NCBI RefSeq assembly: GCF_011386835.1
Contig: NC_088791.1
Location: 245,520,001-245,584,000 of the forward strand
Source of the DNA: Chrysemys picta bellii
Lineage: Eukaryota
Direction of reading: 5' to 3'
Length of the DNA stretch: 64,000 bases
The notes beneath the pieces are model-generated. The model saw only the letters and a program-made list of their open reading frames with translations. It was not told the origin of the DNA and ran no database searches. A program made the position numbers and the translations under genes. Numbering within the stretch: position 1 is the first letter of the stretch; each line of letters opens with the position of its first letter. Positions 1 to 13,376 of this stretch are shown here, in pieces.

Positions 1-285
1 ACAGTGTTAACCACCAGTTTTGGGGGAAATCGGCTCTCCTTTTTGCAGCCTTCCCTGACCTTGGCATTTTCAGCGTGAGCTACCCTAGGCACCTTGGGTC
101 ACACAAGGTACTATGATTTTGAACCCAGCTGTTCATGAATAAAGAGTTTTGAACAGGGATAAAATCATAACCACAATATATCTAAAGACTTAGGTAAAAA
201 TGCTGACCCCAATGAAGTCAATGGGAGTTTTGCCCTGACTTTAGTAAGGACAGGATTTCACCCTCCATCTGCTCTGTAGGTAAGC

Positions 286-1111
286 TGTCATAACTATAAA
301 GGGAAGGGCAACAGCCCTCCTGTGTACAATACTATAAAATCCCTCCTGGCCAGAGACTCCAAAATCCTTTTACCTGTAAAGAGTTAAGAAGCTCAGGTAA
401 CCTGGCTGACACCTGACCCAAAGGACCAATAAGGGGACAAGATACTTTCAAATCTTGGTCGGGGGGAAGGTTTTTGTTTGTGCTCTTTGTTTTGGGGGTT
501 GTTCGCTCTTGGGACTAAGAGGGACCAGACATCAATCCAGGCTCTCCAAATCTTTCTGAACAAGTTTCTCATATTTCAAACTTGTAAGGAAACAGCCAGG
601 CAAGGCGTGTTAGTTTTATCTTTGTTTTCTCAACTTGTAAATGTACCTTTTTACTAGGGTGTTTACCTCTGTTTGCTGTAACTTTGAACCCAAGGCTAGA
701 GGGGGGGTCCTCTGGGCTCTAAGTTTGATTACCCTGTAAAGTTATTTTCCATCCTGATTTTACAGAGATGATTTTTACCTTTTTCTTTAATTAAAAGCCT
801 TCTTTTTAAGAACCTGATTGATTTTTCCTTGTTTTTAGATCCAAGGGGGTTAGATCTTGATCCACCAGGAGTTGGTGGGAGAAAGGAGGGGGTGTGTGGT
901 TAATTTCTCCTTGTTTTAAGATCCAAGGGGTTTGGATCTGTATTCACCAGGGAATTGGTGAAGAGTCTCTCAAGGCTACCCAGGGAAGGGAATTAGCACA
1001 TTGGGAGTGGTGGCAGCGGACCAGATCTAAGCTGGTAGTTAAGCTTAGACGTTTTCATGCAGGGCCCCACATCTGTACCCTAAAGTTCAGAGTGGGGAAG
1101 GATCCTTGACA
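286..1111 (+). mobile_element. Solo LTR (826 bp)
   Basis: TGTCA...TGACA termini with perfect 5 bp TSD TAAGC (281-285 / 1112-1116). An inverted relative lies at 21041-21860. Strand is inferred from ATTAAA near 790. Confidence 0.9.
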
Positions 1112-1184
1112 TAAGCTCTCTCATATCTGACCTTATCTAGGTTCGTATATGACCCCTATCACCATAGGGTCTTGATTCCTCACA

Positions 1185-1370
1185 AGCATTCATTTATTTA
1201 GGCAGCAAAATCCCTGTGAGGTAGGGAAGTACTGTCATCCTCATTTTGCAGATCGTGAATAGAGGTACAGTGTGTAGGTGGCTTGCCCCGGATCACACGG
1301 GAAGAATATGACAGAGCAGGGAACAGAAACCAGATTTCCTAAATCATAATCTAAGATTTTTTGCTACAAT
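1185..1370 (-). mobile_element. Degraded CORE-SINE (MIR-like)
   Basis: catcctcattttgcagat...ggcttgccccggatcacac resembles the MIR core (cccattttacagatgaggaaactgagg...gacttgcccaaggtcacac). Boundaries approximate. Confidence 0.6.
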
Positions 1371-1639
1371 TCCGTGTTCCCATCCTTATATTTGGATTGT
1401 CTGAGGAAACATGTAGGAAATATCAATATTTCTTGCTCTGCATTCAGAACACCAAGATTTCTCTTTGACAAAAAGCTAGAGAAGAAAGAATAGCGACAGT
1501 TGCGTGCTCTACGGAACTAGCAGCTAAGCAATGGGACGGACAAGTTCTGTGGTTTTATACAGGGTTTTGCTGCTCTCTTCACTCTAACTTTAGGAATCAA
1601 CAAGCACTAACACCTGACCCTCAACTGGGGACATCTGGT

Positions 1640-2000
1640 CTCCACAGGTTTTGGATTTCATCTCTGGTTAGCAAGACAATTCCACCTCTTCCACTTGTAT
1701 CATGGCCTACCCATAGTAATTCACACTTCAATCTCCTCCAGGCTGGACTGTCTGTAACTCACTCTTCCTCAGCCTACACAAGGACACTGCAACTGGTACA
1801 CAACACAGCAGCCCATCCTCTAAACAGAGCGAGATGAAGAGAGTATATTTCACTGGCATGTCACAACTTGTAAGGAGAGCCAGTGCATTACCAGATCCAC
1901 TTCAAAGTTCTGATATGGATTTGCCAAACCCTTAACTTGATATCCCCATGCTATCTCAGGGACAACCTCTTGTTCCGGGGCCACCATGGCATCTGCAATT
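1640..2000 (+). mobile_element. L2-type LINE ORF2 3' fragment (degraded)
   Basis: Translates with frameshifts as ISSRLD.CNSL...LQLVQHTAA, matching the L2 motif SRLDYCNSLL...LQLVQNAAA. Confidence 0.65.
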
Positions 2001-2793
2001 ACCCAGCACACTGTGTTTGAAAGAGCTCAGGTGTAGACTCCAGGAAGCCATCAACAACAGGCCCAAGGTTCTGGAATGCTTTCCCAAGGAAATCAGAAAG
2101 AGTCCTTCACTATCTTCATATCATGCTGTAAGACTCATTGTTTCATCACAGCATTCCCCAGAGAACCAGTGCAAAAGAAATTAAATCAAAAGGACAGATC
2201 TCTTCGGTTTTGTTTTTATATATGATCTTTGTACAGCACCTACATTACAGGAACTTCAAATATGCAAAGATAGAAATGCAGATATGTAGAAATGAATATT
2301 TATTTAAAAGCCACTGATCAAATATGGGTTATATCCTTGCAGGACCTACATTTTCTGATCCTCAAATGTAAGCTCAATAGTTGCACTGCTGCCACCTGAA
2401 CTGAGGAACCACCTCCATTATCTGTCAGCAGTAGCAGCACTTAGGTCCTCTTTACAGGCTTCTATCTACTTCCAAGAGAGAACATGAGTTATTTCCCACA
2501 CTTAAACCAAGTATTCAGCTTCAAAAGTCAGACCAACAAAGATGTTCTAACTAGAGTCCAAGTCTCCAAATTCAGAACCTAATTTCCCTAGAGTTCAAGG
2601 GAGCCTGGACTCAAGTGCTCCAGTTTATGTCCATCTTTAGAAGTGATAATGTTTTCTGCAGTAATTACTAAGTTGCATCAGACTTAATGAAAAGGATTCA
2701 AATCAGAAATTAGGGTTTAGGTATTATTATTCAGTATATATATTGCGGCAGCACCTAAAGGCCACTATCAGAGTTGATGGCCCCATTGATAGG

Positions 2794-3623
2794 TGTGACA
2801 GATATGGCATTTTCCTGCAATATCTTGGACAAAACTTACTGGATTAAGATTAAAGTATTTTAGGAATTTGTTGTATTAAAATGCAAGTGTTGATATATTA
2901 TTGTGAGATTGTACATACATTCTCCAGGGAGGAGACCTGACTAATATAAACCTTGGGAAGTGTTACAAGCATCAAAGAACTCTTTGAAACAATATCAATT
3001 TTTCAAGTAAAATGGATTTCCTAGGAAATACCTGAAGGGAATGCACAGATGCCCCACCTTGAACACAAGATTTTGAAGCTACGCCTTGATTCTTAGAGAC
3101 CATAGGTTTCTCTTCAAGGACCCAAACGGTATGAAGGAGAACACGAGACTCATAGGGTGCTTGTTCTGAGCTATAAAATTTGTGACCACAGGAAAAAAAA
3201 ACCTTGGTGGTGTTCGAAGAACCGACACCTGCTAGAGTCCTTGTTGGAGTTGGGACAATCTCTGGTAAACTTATTAGTATGTGTGTAGGTTCTTTTAAAT
3301 ATGTTTTCTCTGTAATACTTTCACCTTAAGAATAAATGTGCCTGCTTAGAAAGAGCTGTGCGGCAACTTATAACTTTAGGCAATTCGGTTGTTTATAGCC
3401 TTTGAAAAAGGAAGGCAAACCAGTCCTGCTGAGGCAGTCTGATTTGCTGGGGAATCCACAACACAGACAACTATGAAGCCTGGAAATACCCTGCTCAGGA
3501 GGAGGAGAAACACATGCATCCGCCAAAAGAGGTGATAGCTGGAGAGCCAGAATCCTGAGAGTGAATGGCCTTGGTGGACCATATAGAGGGGGAACACAGG
3601 TGCAGTTACCCTGAACTGTGACA
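2794..3623 (+). mobile_element. Solo LTR (830 bp), family A
   Basis: TGTGACA...TGTGACA termini, 5 bp TSD ATAGG (2789-2793 / 3624-3628), TATAAAA at 3172, AATAAA at 3331. Homologous to 31555-33557. Confidence 0.9.
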
Positions 3624-3874
3624 ATAGGCACTGTACACACATGCAATAAACTGCCAAGTGATAGGAATTCATCCTGCTGCAAAATGAACAAGAGACCCGC
3701 AGATCTAAAAATAACAGTTCTACTTATCAAGCTGCAATATGTAATGGCAAACCTGTATTAGCTGTTAGTAGTAGCAGCAATGTACAAAGCTATGATTAAT
3801 ATAAAATATTATTTACATTTGTCTTAACACATATAAATTAAAATAAGGCACAACATTGCAAACAGTGACATTAA

Positions 3875-4085
3875 TTATCCAATGGAATAACCTATCTAGG
3901 GACTTAGTGGATTCTCCATCACTTGAAGTCTTTAAATCAAGATGATCTCCTTTTAAAACATATATTCTAGATTAAACAGAAATTATAGGTTTGATGCAGA
4001 AATTACTGGACAAGATTCTTTGCTCTTTGTTATGTGGGAGGTCAGGAGTAGATGATCATAGTGGTTCAATCTGGCCTTAAAAAAT
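3875..4085 (+). mobile_element. CR1 LINE 3' end
   Basis: gtggattctccatcacttgaagtctttaaatcaaga...gtagatgatcatagtggttcaatctggccttaaaaa is a typical CR1 ORF2 end plus 3' UTR. Confidence 0.75.
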
Positions 4086-4179
4086 TATCTATGAAATTAT
4101 ATAAGAAACTCAAGGCATAAGCCGCTTTCAAAGACATAAAAGGCTCAAGCCTAGATTGAAATTTATTTTGAGTACCTAT

Positions 4180-4420
4180 CATAGGTACTTACATGGTTCC
4201 CATTAACAAGGTATCTGAGTGTCTCACGATCTTTAACATATTTATCCTCAAAACATCCGCATGAGGACAAAGAAGTATGGCCATCCCTATTTTACTGATG
4301 GGAAACTGAGGCACAAATTGACCAACTGACTTGCCTATGGTCACATGGGAGTCTGTGGTCGCATGGCACCTGGATCTCACATGTCCCATGTTAGAGCCTA
4401 AACCACTGGACCATCCTTGC
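4180..4420 (-). mobile_element. CORE-SINE (MIR-like)
   Basis: ccctattttactgatgggaaactgaggcac...gacttgcctatggtcaca is the conserved MIR core. Confidence 0.75.
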
Positions 4421-5205
4421 TCTTCCTGTAGCATGTTTTACAACACAAGCTCCAGCACATGTCAACATCAATATTTGTCCCTAACTCTAGGTTGGGAAAA
4501 GATCACAACGTGAAAGATACAAGCTTCCAGATATTTTAAACTACATTTGTGGCATAATATGGTTTGGTACATTTCTAACCATTTTAGCCTCCTTTAAGCA
4601 CGATCTCTTCCTTCATGGAACCGGTTTTTCTCCCTTGATTTTTCTGAATGACTGAATTCTCTTGGCATTGAGCCCAGTTTGGTTTTATTATGCAAAGAAT
4701 CTGGTGTGTTATTTTCAAACACGGATTCATAAACAGAGATGGCAATATTCTAGTTTTGGCAATACCTCAGCTGTTTAAAAGGACAAATGCGTCCCTGGAT
4801 CCACAGACTAGATGAATAGGGAGATTTTTACATTTTACAAGTTGCTATCCTGCTTCTAGGACTAAGAGGAAATAAACTAAAAGATATTTAAAAAAAAAAA
4901 AAAAAAAAGAAAAACCAACACCACCAGCTCTGCATTTCAAACACCAACAGCAGGCCACAGCATTAGCAAAAATTAATACAGGAGCAAAAATTAAAACAAG
5001 ACTCCAGATTTGCCCAAACATACAAACCCAACATTTACTGCCCTGCTGTATTTTAACTTTTATCACAGTATTTTATATGTGCAATAGAAAATACCCACAA
5101 ACCATGCCTGGGAACCCATCAACTTAGTAATTGCGGGGTAGGAGGGAAGGGAATGATGCCTCAACCTCTAACCATCATCCTACCAATTTCAAAGGGAAGT
5201 AGGGA

Positions 5206-6324
5206 TAGGGTGACCAGATCACTGACGGGAAATATCGGCATGCGGGCGGGGGGGGGGGGGGGGGGGGGGAGAAGAGGGCAGAGGAAAAAAAGCTGTTTTG
5301 CAGGTGCCGGCCGCGTCGTGGCTACTGCCCCTCCCCCCCCCCCCTCCCCAGGGCACATGCGGCACGTCCCGCCGCCCCACAGGGAAGGAGCCGCTGGAGC
5401 GAGAGGCGCAGGGCTCCGGACCCCACCAGCGGCAGGGGAGAGCGTCTCAGGGCCGCGTGAGTGGGTACATAAAGTTTATTGGCTGGGGGGGCGGACCCCG
5501 GCCGGTTCCTCGCCCTGCCCTGTAGGGGGGTAGCATCCCCGCCCCGTGTCAGCATGTCTCGCCGGCCGCCGCAGGCCAGGTAAGGAACCGAGTCCCCCCC
5601 TCCCCCCGGCTCCTCAGCTGAGCGGCATTCCTCCTCCCTCCCAGGCTTGCCGCTGGAATGCCGGCGCAAGCCTGGAGGGAGGGAGTGGTGGCCGGCTTCC
5701 AGTTCCTGTGGCTTGTGAGTACGGGGACCAGGCGGGCAAGGGGGGCTGGCAAGGGGGCTGCTCCCCTGGGAGGGTGACAGGGGGGGCTCAGCTGAGGAGC
5801 CAGGATGAGGGGGGAAGAGGGCGACTCGGCTCCTTACCTGGCCTGTGGCGGCCGGCGCAACATGCTGGCGCGGGGCGGGGAGCCGGGCGGGGTCCCGTCC
5901 AAGCCGATAAACTTTACATGGCCACTCGTGCGGCCCCAAGCCACTCTCCCCCGCTGTTGCTGGGGTCCGGAGCCCCCCCGTCTACCTCCTGGGGGAGCAG
6001 CCCCCTTGCCAGCCCCCCTTGCCCGCCCAGTGCCCCTACTCACCAGCTCCAGGAACTGGAAGCCAGCCACCACCCGCTCCCTCCAGGCTTGCCGCCATTA
6101 CAGCAACAAGCCTGGGAGGGAGGAGTGCCACATGCATGGGGAAGAGGCGGGGCCAGGGCAGGGATTTGGGGAGGGAGCCAATGGGGGATGGAGGGGGCGG
6201 AGTTGGGGGGGGAAGGCAAAATTGCTTGTTTGTCCAGTGTCCCGACCACACATTGGTCAGGACGCAGGACAAACAAGCAAATATCGTGACAGTCCCGATA
6301 AAATCGGGACTTCTGGTCACCCTA
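5206..6324. mobile_element. Non-autonomous hAT element (Blackjack-like TIRs), 1119 bp
   Basis: TIRs TAGGGTGACCAGA / TCTGGTCACCCTA, perfect 8 bp TSD AGTAGGGA (5198-5205 / 6325-6332), GC-rich internally repeated body. Confidence 0.92.
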
Positions 6325-6412
6325 AGTAGGGATCTAAGAGGACTCCCATCTGACTCAAGACAAACAGATGCTGTTGTCCCAGGAGAGGAGTTCTACACCA
6401 CAAGTGGAAGAG

Positions 6413-7480
6413 TGTGACACTCCCCAAGGCTATCCAACAGCCCTTAGCACGAACGAGTCTTGTCTCTGTCTGTGGTGGATCAGTTCCCTGAAACCAACAG
6501 CCTCTGGGCAGCAGAAGCACTACCTTCCAGGTCCTCTCAGGCCTTGCTCTCTCTGTACAGGTGGCAATAGGCACATGGCACTCCCCACCCACCCCACCCG
6601 CTAGAGTGTTCTCTGCAATGTCCAGTCCCTTATCCACTGAATGCTCACAGAATTACCAGGCCTGCTATTCTCAAAGGAACAGAAGACATCAGCTTGTCAG
6701 ATACAACTCAGGACCAGCACTTTGCTGAACACCACTCTGAAATATATTTATAGTGAAAACAAGAATAAATTTATTATCAAAGATTAAAGAATCAAGTGAT
6801 AATGAGTAAGAATATTGGAAACAAATGTTTCCATATAAAACAAATCATAAGTCTGTTGTTTAGAGACTAAACTTACTCTCTAATCAAGAGACTAAGCAAG
6901 TCATTCACTTGTCTCAAGTTTATTACCCAAAGTCCTCTTCAACATTTTCAACCAAGCCTGGTTGAGACACCTTTTTCCATAAAGCAAAAGCACTGTCCTT
7001 TTATCCCTAAGTAAAAGGTGATAAAGAAAACTCCCTATCTCCCAAATATAGCAGAGCAAATCTTTGAAGTGTACCCATCAGATAGGGTTCCCCCTCTGCT
7101 TCTCTTCCTGTTCAATTTTTTTCTCTGAAGTCCTTACAATCCTTCTTTTGTATTCAGTTTAGAGTGGTGAGAGGTGTCCCATTGTGAACGAGACATCAAT
7201 CAGTTTTTATATTAAAATACGATTATTCATCTGTTATCTGACAAACCTGTTTTTCACCTTTGCTGGTGACTAATTTGATACAGATTTTAAGAATATGTTT
7301 TCAGTATATATACACACACATGCAACTTCTTACATAGTAGCTGTGCATATGTTTCACAGTGACATTGATGACCCTATTGACTCTGGCTTTCATTTGAGAC
7401 AACACAATGTTCTTTGATGAACCAGAATATACACACCAGAATCAGGACATTCCTGTAACCCCTCTGCACCTCCTTGATAG
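6413..7480 (-). mobile_element. Degraded long LTR
   Basis: Begins TGTGACAC; organisation resembles the minus-strand LTR at 47078-48391. TSD not recovered and right end approximate. Confidence 0.5.
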
Positions 7481-7962
7481 TTGGCATTAAGAAATTCTTG
7501 CGTCACAGAGAGACAACCTCAGACAACGCCCCACCCTCCCACACAGGTATGCAACTCTTGGGCACAGATCATGAAGACAAACACCTCTCCATGTCACAGT
7601 AGGCCCAGTTTTCTGTTCCATACACATGCTTTTCTCCAAGAACACTGCAACAGTTCCCCTGTGTCTTTGGAGATGGGTTGTGATGAGAGTACTGTACCTT
7701 TCTCTTCCCTCTCATTGTCAAGAGAGGAGTGATAGGAAGCCTTGCCTGTAGTCCCACAATCAATGGGAAGGATTTCTCCAGGGAGCCCAGCCATAAATGC
7801 ACAAGTAACTTTGGGCACCCACCTTATCTCCTGCAGACAGAAGGTCCCAGGAACAGGCTTTTAAAATGCTTGAATGCTGCCCCTTAGCTCAATTAACAGC
7901 TAAGCCATGAACTTACTAGGGTGAGAGCTGTGCTTCCTTCCTTGAAGATGCCTTTATATACA

Positions 7963-8150
7963 CACCTCTACCCCGATACAACCCTGTCCTCGGAGCCAAA
8001 AAAATCTTACCGCGTTATAGGTGAAACCACGTTATATCGAACTTGCTTTGATCCACCAGAGTGCGCAGCCCCGCCTCCCCGGAGCGCTGCTTTACCGCGT
8101 TGTATCCGAATTCATGTTATATCGGGTCCCGTTATATCGGGGTAGAGGTG
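7963..8150. mobile_element. Tc1/mariner (Tigger-like) MITE
   Basis: TIRs CACCTCTACCCCGATA / TATCGGGGTAGAGGTG with TA on the right flank. Same family as 43949 and 59420. Confidence 0.85.
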
Positions 8151-9345
8151 TATTAGGAAAGCAATATCTCCCTTGAAACCCAAAAATGGGGAGCACATGT
8201 GTGGCAGGGGAAGAGACTAGCTATACCCAGAAGAATATGGAAGGAGATTAAATATATCACTGCTCCTCCCCCCTCTCCCCAGAAAACTTCACAAGGTGAT
8301 ATGTTCTTGTGGGAAATGGGCGCTGGAGGGAAATTGTGCTCTAATCACTAAATAATGCTTGCTTCCTCCAGGATTTAAAGTACCAGAGTTTCAGGAGACA
8401 GAACTTCTTATGTAAAAGAATAGTCTCCATTAATAAAATGTGCTGAAAGATCATTTGAGCAATAGCCTCCTAAAACAGTGATTATATGTTCAAGTTTTCC
8501 ATCCATTCTCCCTTGACTTAGCATTTTATAGTTAAAACAACAACTAAATTAAGCCAAAAAACATGCCATTTGCCCTTACTGTTAATAGTTTTATTTTTAA
8601 ATGAAGACAGCAAAGGTTATTAGACATTTAAATTAACCAACCTTGAAAGTTTTTGTTAAGTCAAACATTTCAACGATTCCTAGGAAATACTGGACTTCAA
8701 AAACAGTCTTTTCTGGGGAGTTAAATTTGGATGGAACGAGAAAAGTGTCTATTTTACTGCACATCTTAAGGTAAAACATACTAGTTCAAGAACACTATTT
8801 GCTTTAATACTGCCCATTCACTAATCTAGTGATCTGCACATTAAAGAGCCAGGGATAATTCTAGAACGATCTTGACAAATGAACCTTTAATGAAATGTGA
8901 GCCTTAACTTATAGCTGTTGATTTTACATACCACAGACATTTTAAAAGAATTTCTAAGACGACGACGACACTACTACTGGTACCACATCAAATCTGAGTG
9001 CATAGCAAAGAACAGGAATGTTTGCCCTGGAGGAAGAGACTGACTGTATATCACAGAAAAAACATGGACAGAGGTTTTTTTTCCTTCCACACTCTTTTTT
9101 GCTACTCATACAAAATGTCAGTTAATTTTAAACTTTCTTTTCTAGTATGCATCTTTCAGTTGGTTTGGTTTTCTTCAAAGTCTGCAAGTCAACACATTGG
9201 TATTTTAAAGTTAAAGAAAAATATGTCAGTCAACAAGACATTAGTAATTGTAGTGTAACCCACATACTTGCATTGCACATGCAATGGTGTAAATAAGGGA
9301 TGAAACAGTGGGTAGATTACACAGTTTTTGTTTTGGGGTGTCTAT

Positions 9346-9618
9346 GAGTAGGTCTGCACTGCAGCTGGGAAATGTGCCTCCCACCCAGGGTAGACAGCCA
9401 CGTGCTAAAAATTGAAGCATGCACATTGTTGTATAGATGGCATCTCAGGCTAGCCATCTGAGTGTGGAACCACGGGCTGGGGCAGAAGTTAGCCCTTGCT
9501 TCTGCCTCTGTTGCAACATCCACACTGCTATTTTCAGCATGCTAGCTCAAGCAGAGCTAGTGTGTGTTTGTCTACCCAGGCTTGGAGGTACAGGCCCAAC
9601 TGTAGCGTAGACATACTC
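9346..9618. mobile_element. PIF/Harbinger-like MITE (older)
   Basis: Degenerate TIRs gagtaggtctgcactgcag / ctgtagcgtagacatactc. Confidence 0.7.
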
Positions 9619-12253
9619 TGTACAGACTTGCTGTAACTGGGCAAGGTGACTCTGTCAAAGGAGCCAGAAACATCCACAAGTGTGGCAATCACCAAACAAT
9701 GAAAACTATCTAGGAAGCTTTCATTATGGGCAAACAGCCAGGCAGGACACACTCCTAATTACCATCTGAAGCTGAGACAACTGGAGCTCAGTGAGGAAGA
9801 AGCTAAAAATAGGGGAAGTTGGAGCAACTCATCAGCTGAACCATGCAGAAATAAGACTAAAGTGACCCCTGCAAGGTCAGGGTCTCAAAAAACTGTGCCC
9901 ATCCATTTGGATCCAGATGGTGTTCTTCCTATCTTACTAGGAGCCAAAGGAGACAGAGTCACCAATAGTTATGAGAGTTTAAGACCGCTGCTGAAGAGAT
10001 GCTGTGGAGTTAGAAGACCATGGAACTACCACCCCACTACACCTGTATATATGTCCCTTCAGTTTCTTACATTTTAAATTTCACACATTGCAAGAAGGGC
10101 TGAGGACTCAACCCATGAGAAAGTTGGAGGGAAGCACATGTATAAGTGGGTACAAGGTATACATTTCCTCAATATTTTGTAATAGCATCAAGTGTGGAAA
10201 TTTGGATGAGAAACACCAAAGGGCTACCACATCAGAGTTACTTGTGAGACATATTCACAACCAATGTAAATATTGTTTGTAGATTTTCTAATTTAATAAG
10301 AACAGAAAAGAGAGAAGGGGGGGGGGGAAGAGAAGAAAAATTGTATGTCACTCTCCCACAAGTGTAATTCTGTGTAATGCTAAATCTTTGTCCTAAAAGG
10401 TCTGAGCTCTGTTTTGTACTTCAGCAGAAGAGTAAGCAGAAGTGCAGGAAAGTGGAAGTAATTGGATATATGGATCTCAGGTGCCCAGCCTGCTTCTTTG
10501 GCCTTAAAGATTAAGTTTGCATCTATTTTATTACTTTCTTAATTATGACGGATGTAACGCACATGAGGAAAACTAGCAAAACTGTGGCTATTTTATTTTT
10601 GTTTCAGAGTTCTGAATTATACATTGGGGTCATTACAAGTATGGCTTTATAGAAACAGTCAAAATATACTTCTTCAGTAGGACTTCTGGGTCAAGTAGTC
10701 ATAAATCAAGACATTCGAATTGAACAAGTGTGGCAAATAAGTTATTTAGGTGATGAGAGTTACAAAATCCAGACTTTTTGACTAAAATAAGTTGCTATAA
10801 TTAAATAATTCTATGCAAGCAAACAGCAAATGGGCAAAGACCCTTAACTGAAGAAAGAATTAGTCAACTAGATAATTACATGCAACCGAGGGGGCACTGA
10901 TCATCACTCCTTTTAAACATAAAAAGGATGCTTAACAACAACAAAAAAATTGCTTTACTTTGAGTCTACACAAGATGGTCTGGAAACATTAGGATTTAAT
11001 ATCTAAAATTTTCTACCAATTTTGGATGCCTCAAAACAAAGCCAGATTTTTTGAGGGTGGGTTGCTGAGTATTTTCTGAAAACAAATCAGGCTCCTTAAC
11101 AGTTTAATGAGATGACAGCTTCTTCCTTTCTGAAAGCATGTTTTAATCAAGCAGCACCCAGACCACCACCACGGATGTGTATGTAGTTGGTCTCGGACTG
11201 CTACCACTGGATCAACTGGTTTAATCCAACCTCTCATTGCTTGTGGCCATTCTTTAGAGTGCTTCCTATTTGTTTGACCAGAAGAACTGAAAAAACACAC
11301 CCCTTTGTCAGTAATTGGTCCATCCCTTAGTGCTTGTACAGCCTCTTGCATTATGGGGCCCAGATCCTGATCAAGGTCTCAGTCCTACTGCAGTATATTA
11401 ATTAAATTAACAGTCATTACAGGAATCACTTCACAACTTTTTCTCTTCAAAAGATGGCCAATAGCATGACCAGAATAATCGTTCTAGTATCAACTGCTCT
11501 TTCATTTTCTCTCTCAGTGTTATTGATAACAAAGTTTGACATTTACCTGTAGTAAGGAGTTTCCATCAGTTTATTTTCTTGCACAACACCTTCATTAAAT
11601 AAAGGAACATTAATTTCCCAGGTTGGTTATAGCTGGTTGCCATTTATGAGAGAAAACCCAGATGACATGCAGTCCAAATAGGTGTGGTGGTCGTAGTGGG
11701 AAGGTAGAGAGAAGGTTTGTTTTTTGTTTGCTTGCTTTTTGGTTAAAAAATTTAAGGGAATGATGGTTTTTGCAGAAAATTCCAATTTTTCCATTTTTTA
11801 TCAAAACAAAATTAAGGTGTTCAATTCAGAATTAAAATTAATTTAAACGGAATTTAAAAAAAAATCAAAGAATCTGTAAAAGTTTCCATATGAAATGAAA
11901 TTTGTTTCGATGGATATTTTTTGTGGAAAAACATACCCATTTTTTAACTATTCAAAAAAAAAAAATAGACCTTTCCTAGGAATTAGCATATATTAAATGC
12001 CCCTGACAGAAACTGCTCATCACATTACAGTTTCTTTCTATTTTTGTAACTGTAGATCTTTCAAGAAAATTTCTTTATTCCTCTTTTACGGTATAAGGCA
12101 GCAGTAGTCAATAGGTGGATTGCAGGCCAAATCCGTACCACCAGATGCTTTTGAATGGATCATGAAAACTTTTTATAGGTATTGTGGTGTGAAAAATTTC
12201 TCTCTGGAGTCTGGACCTTGACTATACCTTGACCAAGAAATTTGGACCATGGC

Positions 12254-13376
12254 TAGGGTTACCATATTTCAGCAAGCAAAAAAGAGGACGGGAGGAGCCC
12301 CGCCCTAGCCCCGCTCCTGCCCCTCCTACTTCCCGCCCCCCCCCAGAACCCCCAACCCTCCCCCCGTTCCTTGTCCCCTGACTGCCCCCTCCTGGGACCC
12401 CTGCCCCTAACTGCCCCCCAGGACTCCACTCCCTATCTAAGCCTCCCTGCCTCTTGTCCCCTGACTGCCCCAACCCTTATCCACACCCCCACCCCCAGAC
12501 AGACCCCTGGGACTCCCATGCCCCATCCAACCACTCCCCACCCCCTGACAGCCCCCCCCAGAACTCCCAACCCATCTAAACCCCTCTGCTCCCTGTCCCC
12601 TGACTGCTCCGATCCCTCTCCACACTCCTGCCCCCTGACAGCCCCCCCCAGAACTCGCAACCCATCTAAACCCCTCTGCTCCCTGTCCCCTGACTGCTCC
12701 GATCCCTCTCCCCACTCCTGCCCCCTGACAGCTCCCCCCCAGAACTCCCAGCCCCCCACCCCCCCGCTCCTTGTCCCCTGACTGCCCCCTCCTGGGACCT
12801 CTGCTCCTAACTGCCCTCCAGAACCCCACCCCCTACCTAAGACTCCCTGTTCCTTGTCCCCTAACTGCCCCCTCCTAAGACCCCCCCCCAACTGCCCCCC
12901 AGGACCCTACCCCCTACCTGTACCCTGACTGCCCAAAACTTTCTCCACTCCCCCCCAAAAGCCCCCCCCCCGTTTCTTGACTGCCCCCTCCAGAACCTCC
13001 CTGCCCCTTCTCCTGCCCCCTGGCCCCCTTACCCTGCTGCTCAGAACAGGGTGTTGGGCTCTGTGCCAGCCGAGCCGGACACGTGGCTGCGCTCCCCAGC
13101 ACAACAAAACCCGGTCCCTGGCCCTGCACAGTGCTGCTGGACCGGGCTGCAGGGGAGAGCTGCCGGCTCAGAATGCAGGGCGGATCTGGCTCCTCTACAG
13201 CGGCTCCAGAGTCCAGCCCGGGACTTTCCTGCAGCCCTCCCAGCTGCTCGCTCTGCTCTGCCGGGGGAGGGGGGAAATCCCGGACATTTTGAGTGCTTTA
13301 CAAATTCCCCCTGGACGCTATTTTTAGAACAAAAAGGAGGACATGTCCGGGTAAATCCGGACGAATGGTAACCCTA
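12254..13376. mobile_element. Blackjack-like hAT MITE nested in 12099-13420
   Basis: TIRs TAGGGTTACCAT / ATGGTAACCCTA, 8 bp TSD ACCATGGC / ACCATTGC. Confidence 0.9.
12541..12760. repeat. 90 bp C-rich tandem repeat within a larger minisatellite (~12370-12990)
   Basis: ccccctgacagc...cagaactc recurs at 12541, 12631 and 12721. Confidence 0.85.

Noticed and set aside
5153-6417. Multiple 120-247 aa ORFs on both strands
   Set aside because: All lie in a GC-rich non-autonomous MITE; low-complexity G/P/R/A translations with no transposase motifs.
12371-13371. Repetitive 106-152 aa ORFs
   Set aside because: Products of the C-rich minisatellite and MITE body.
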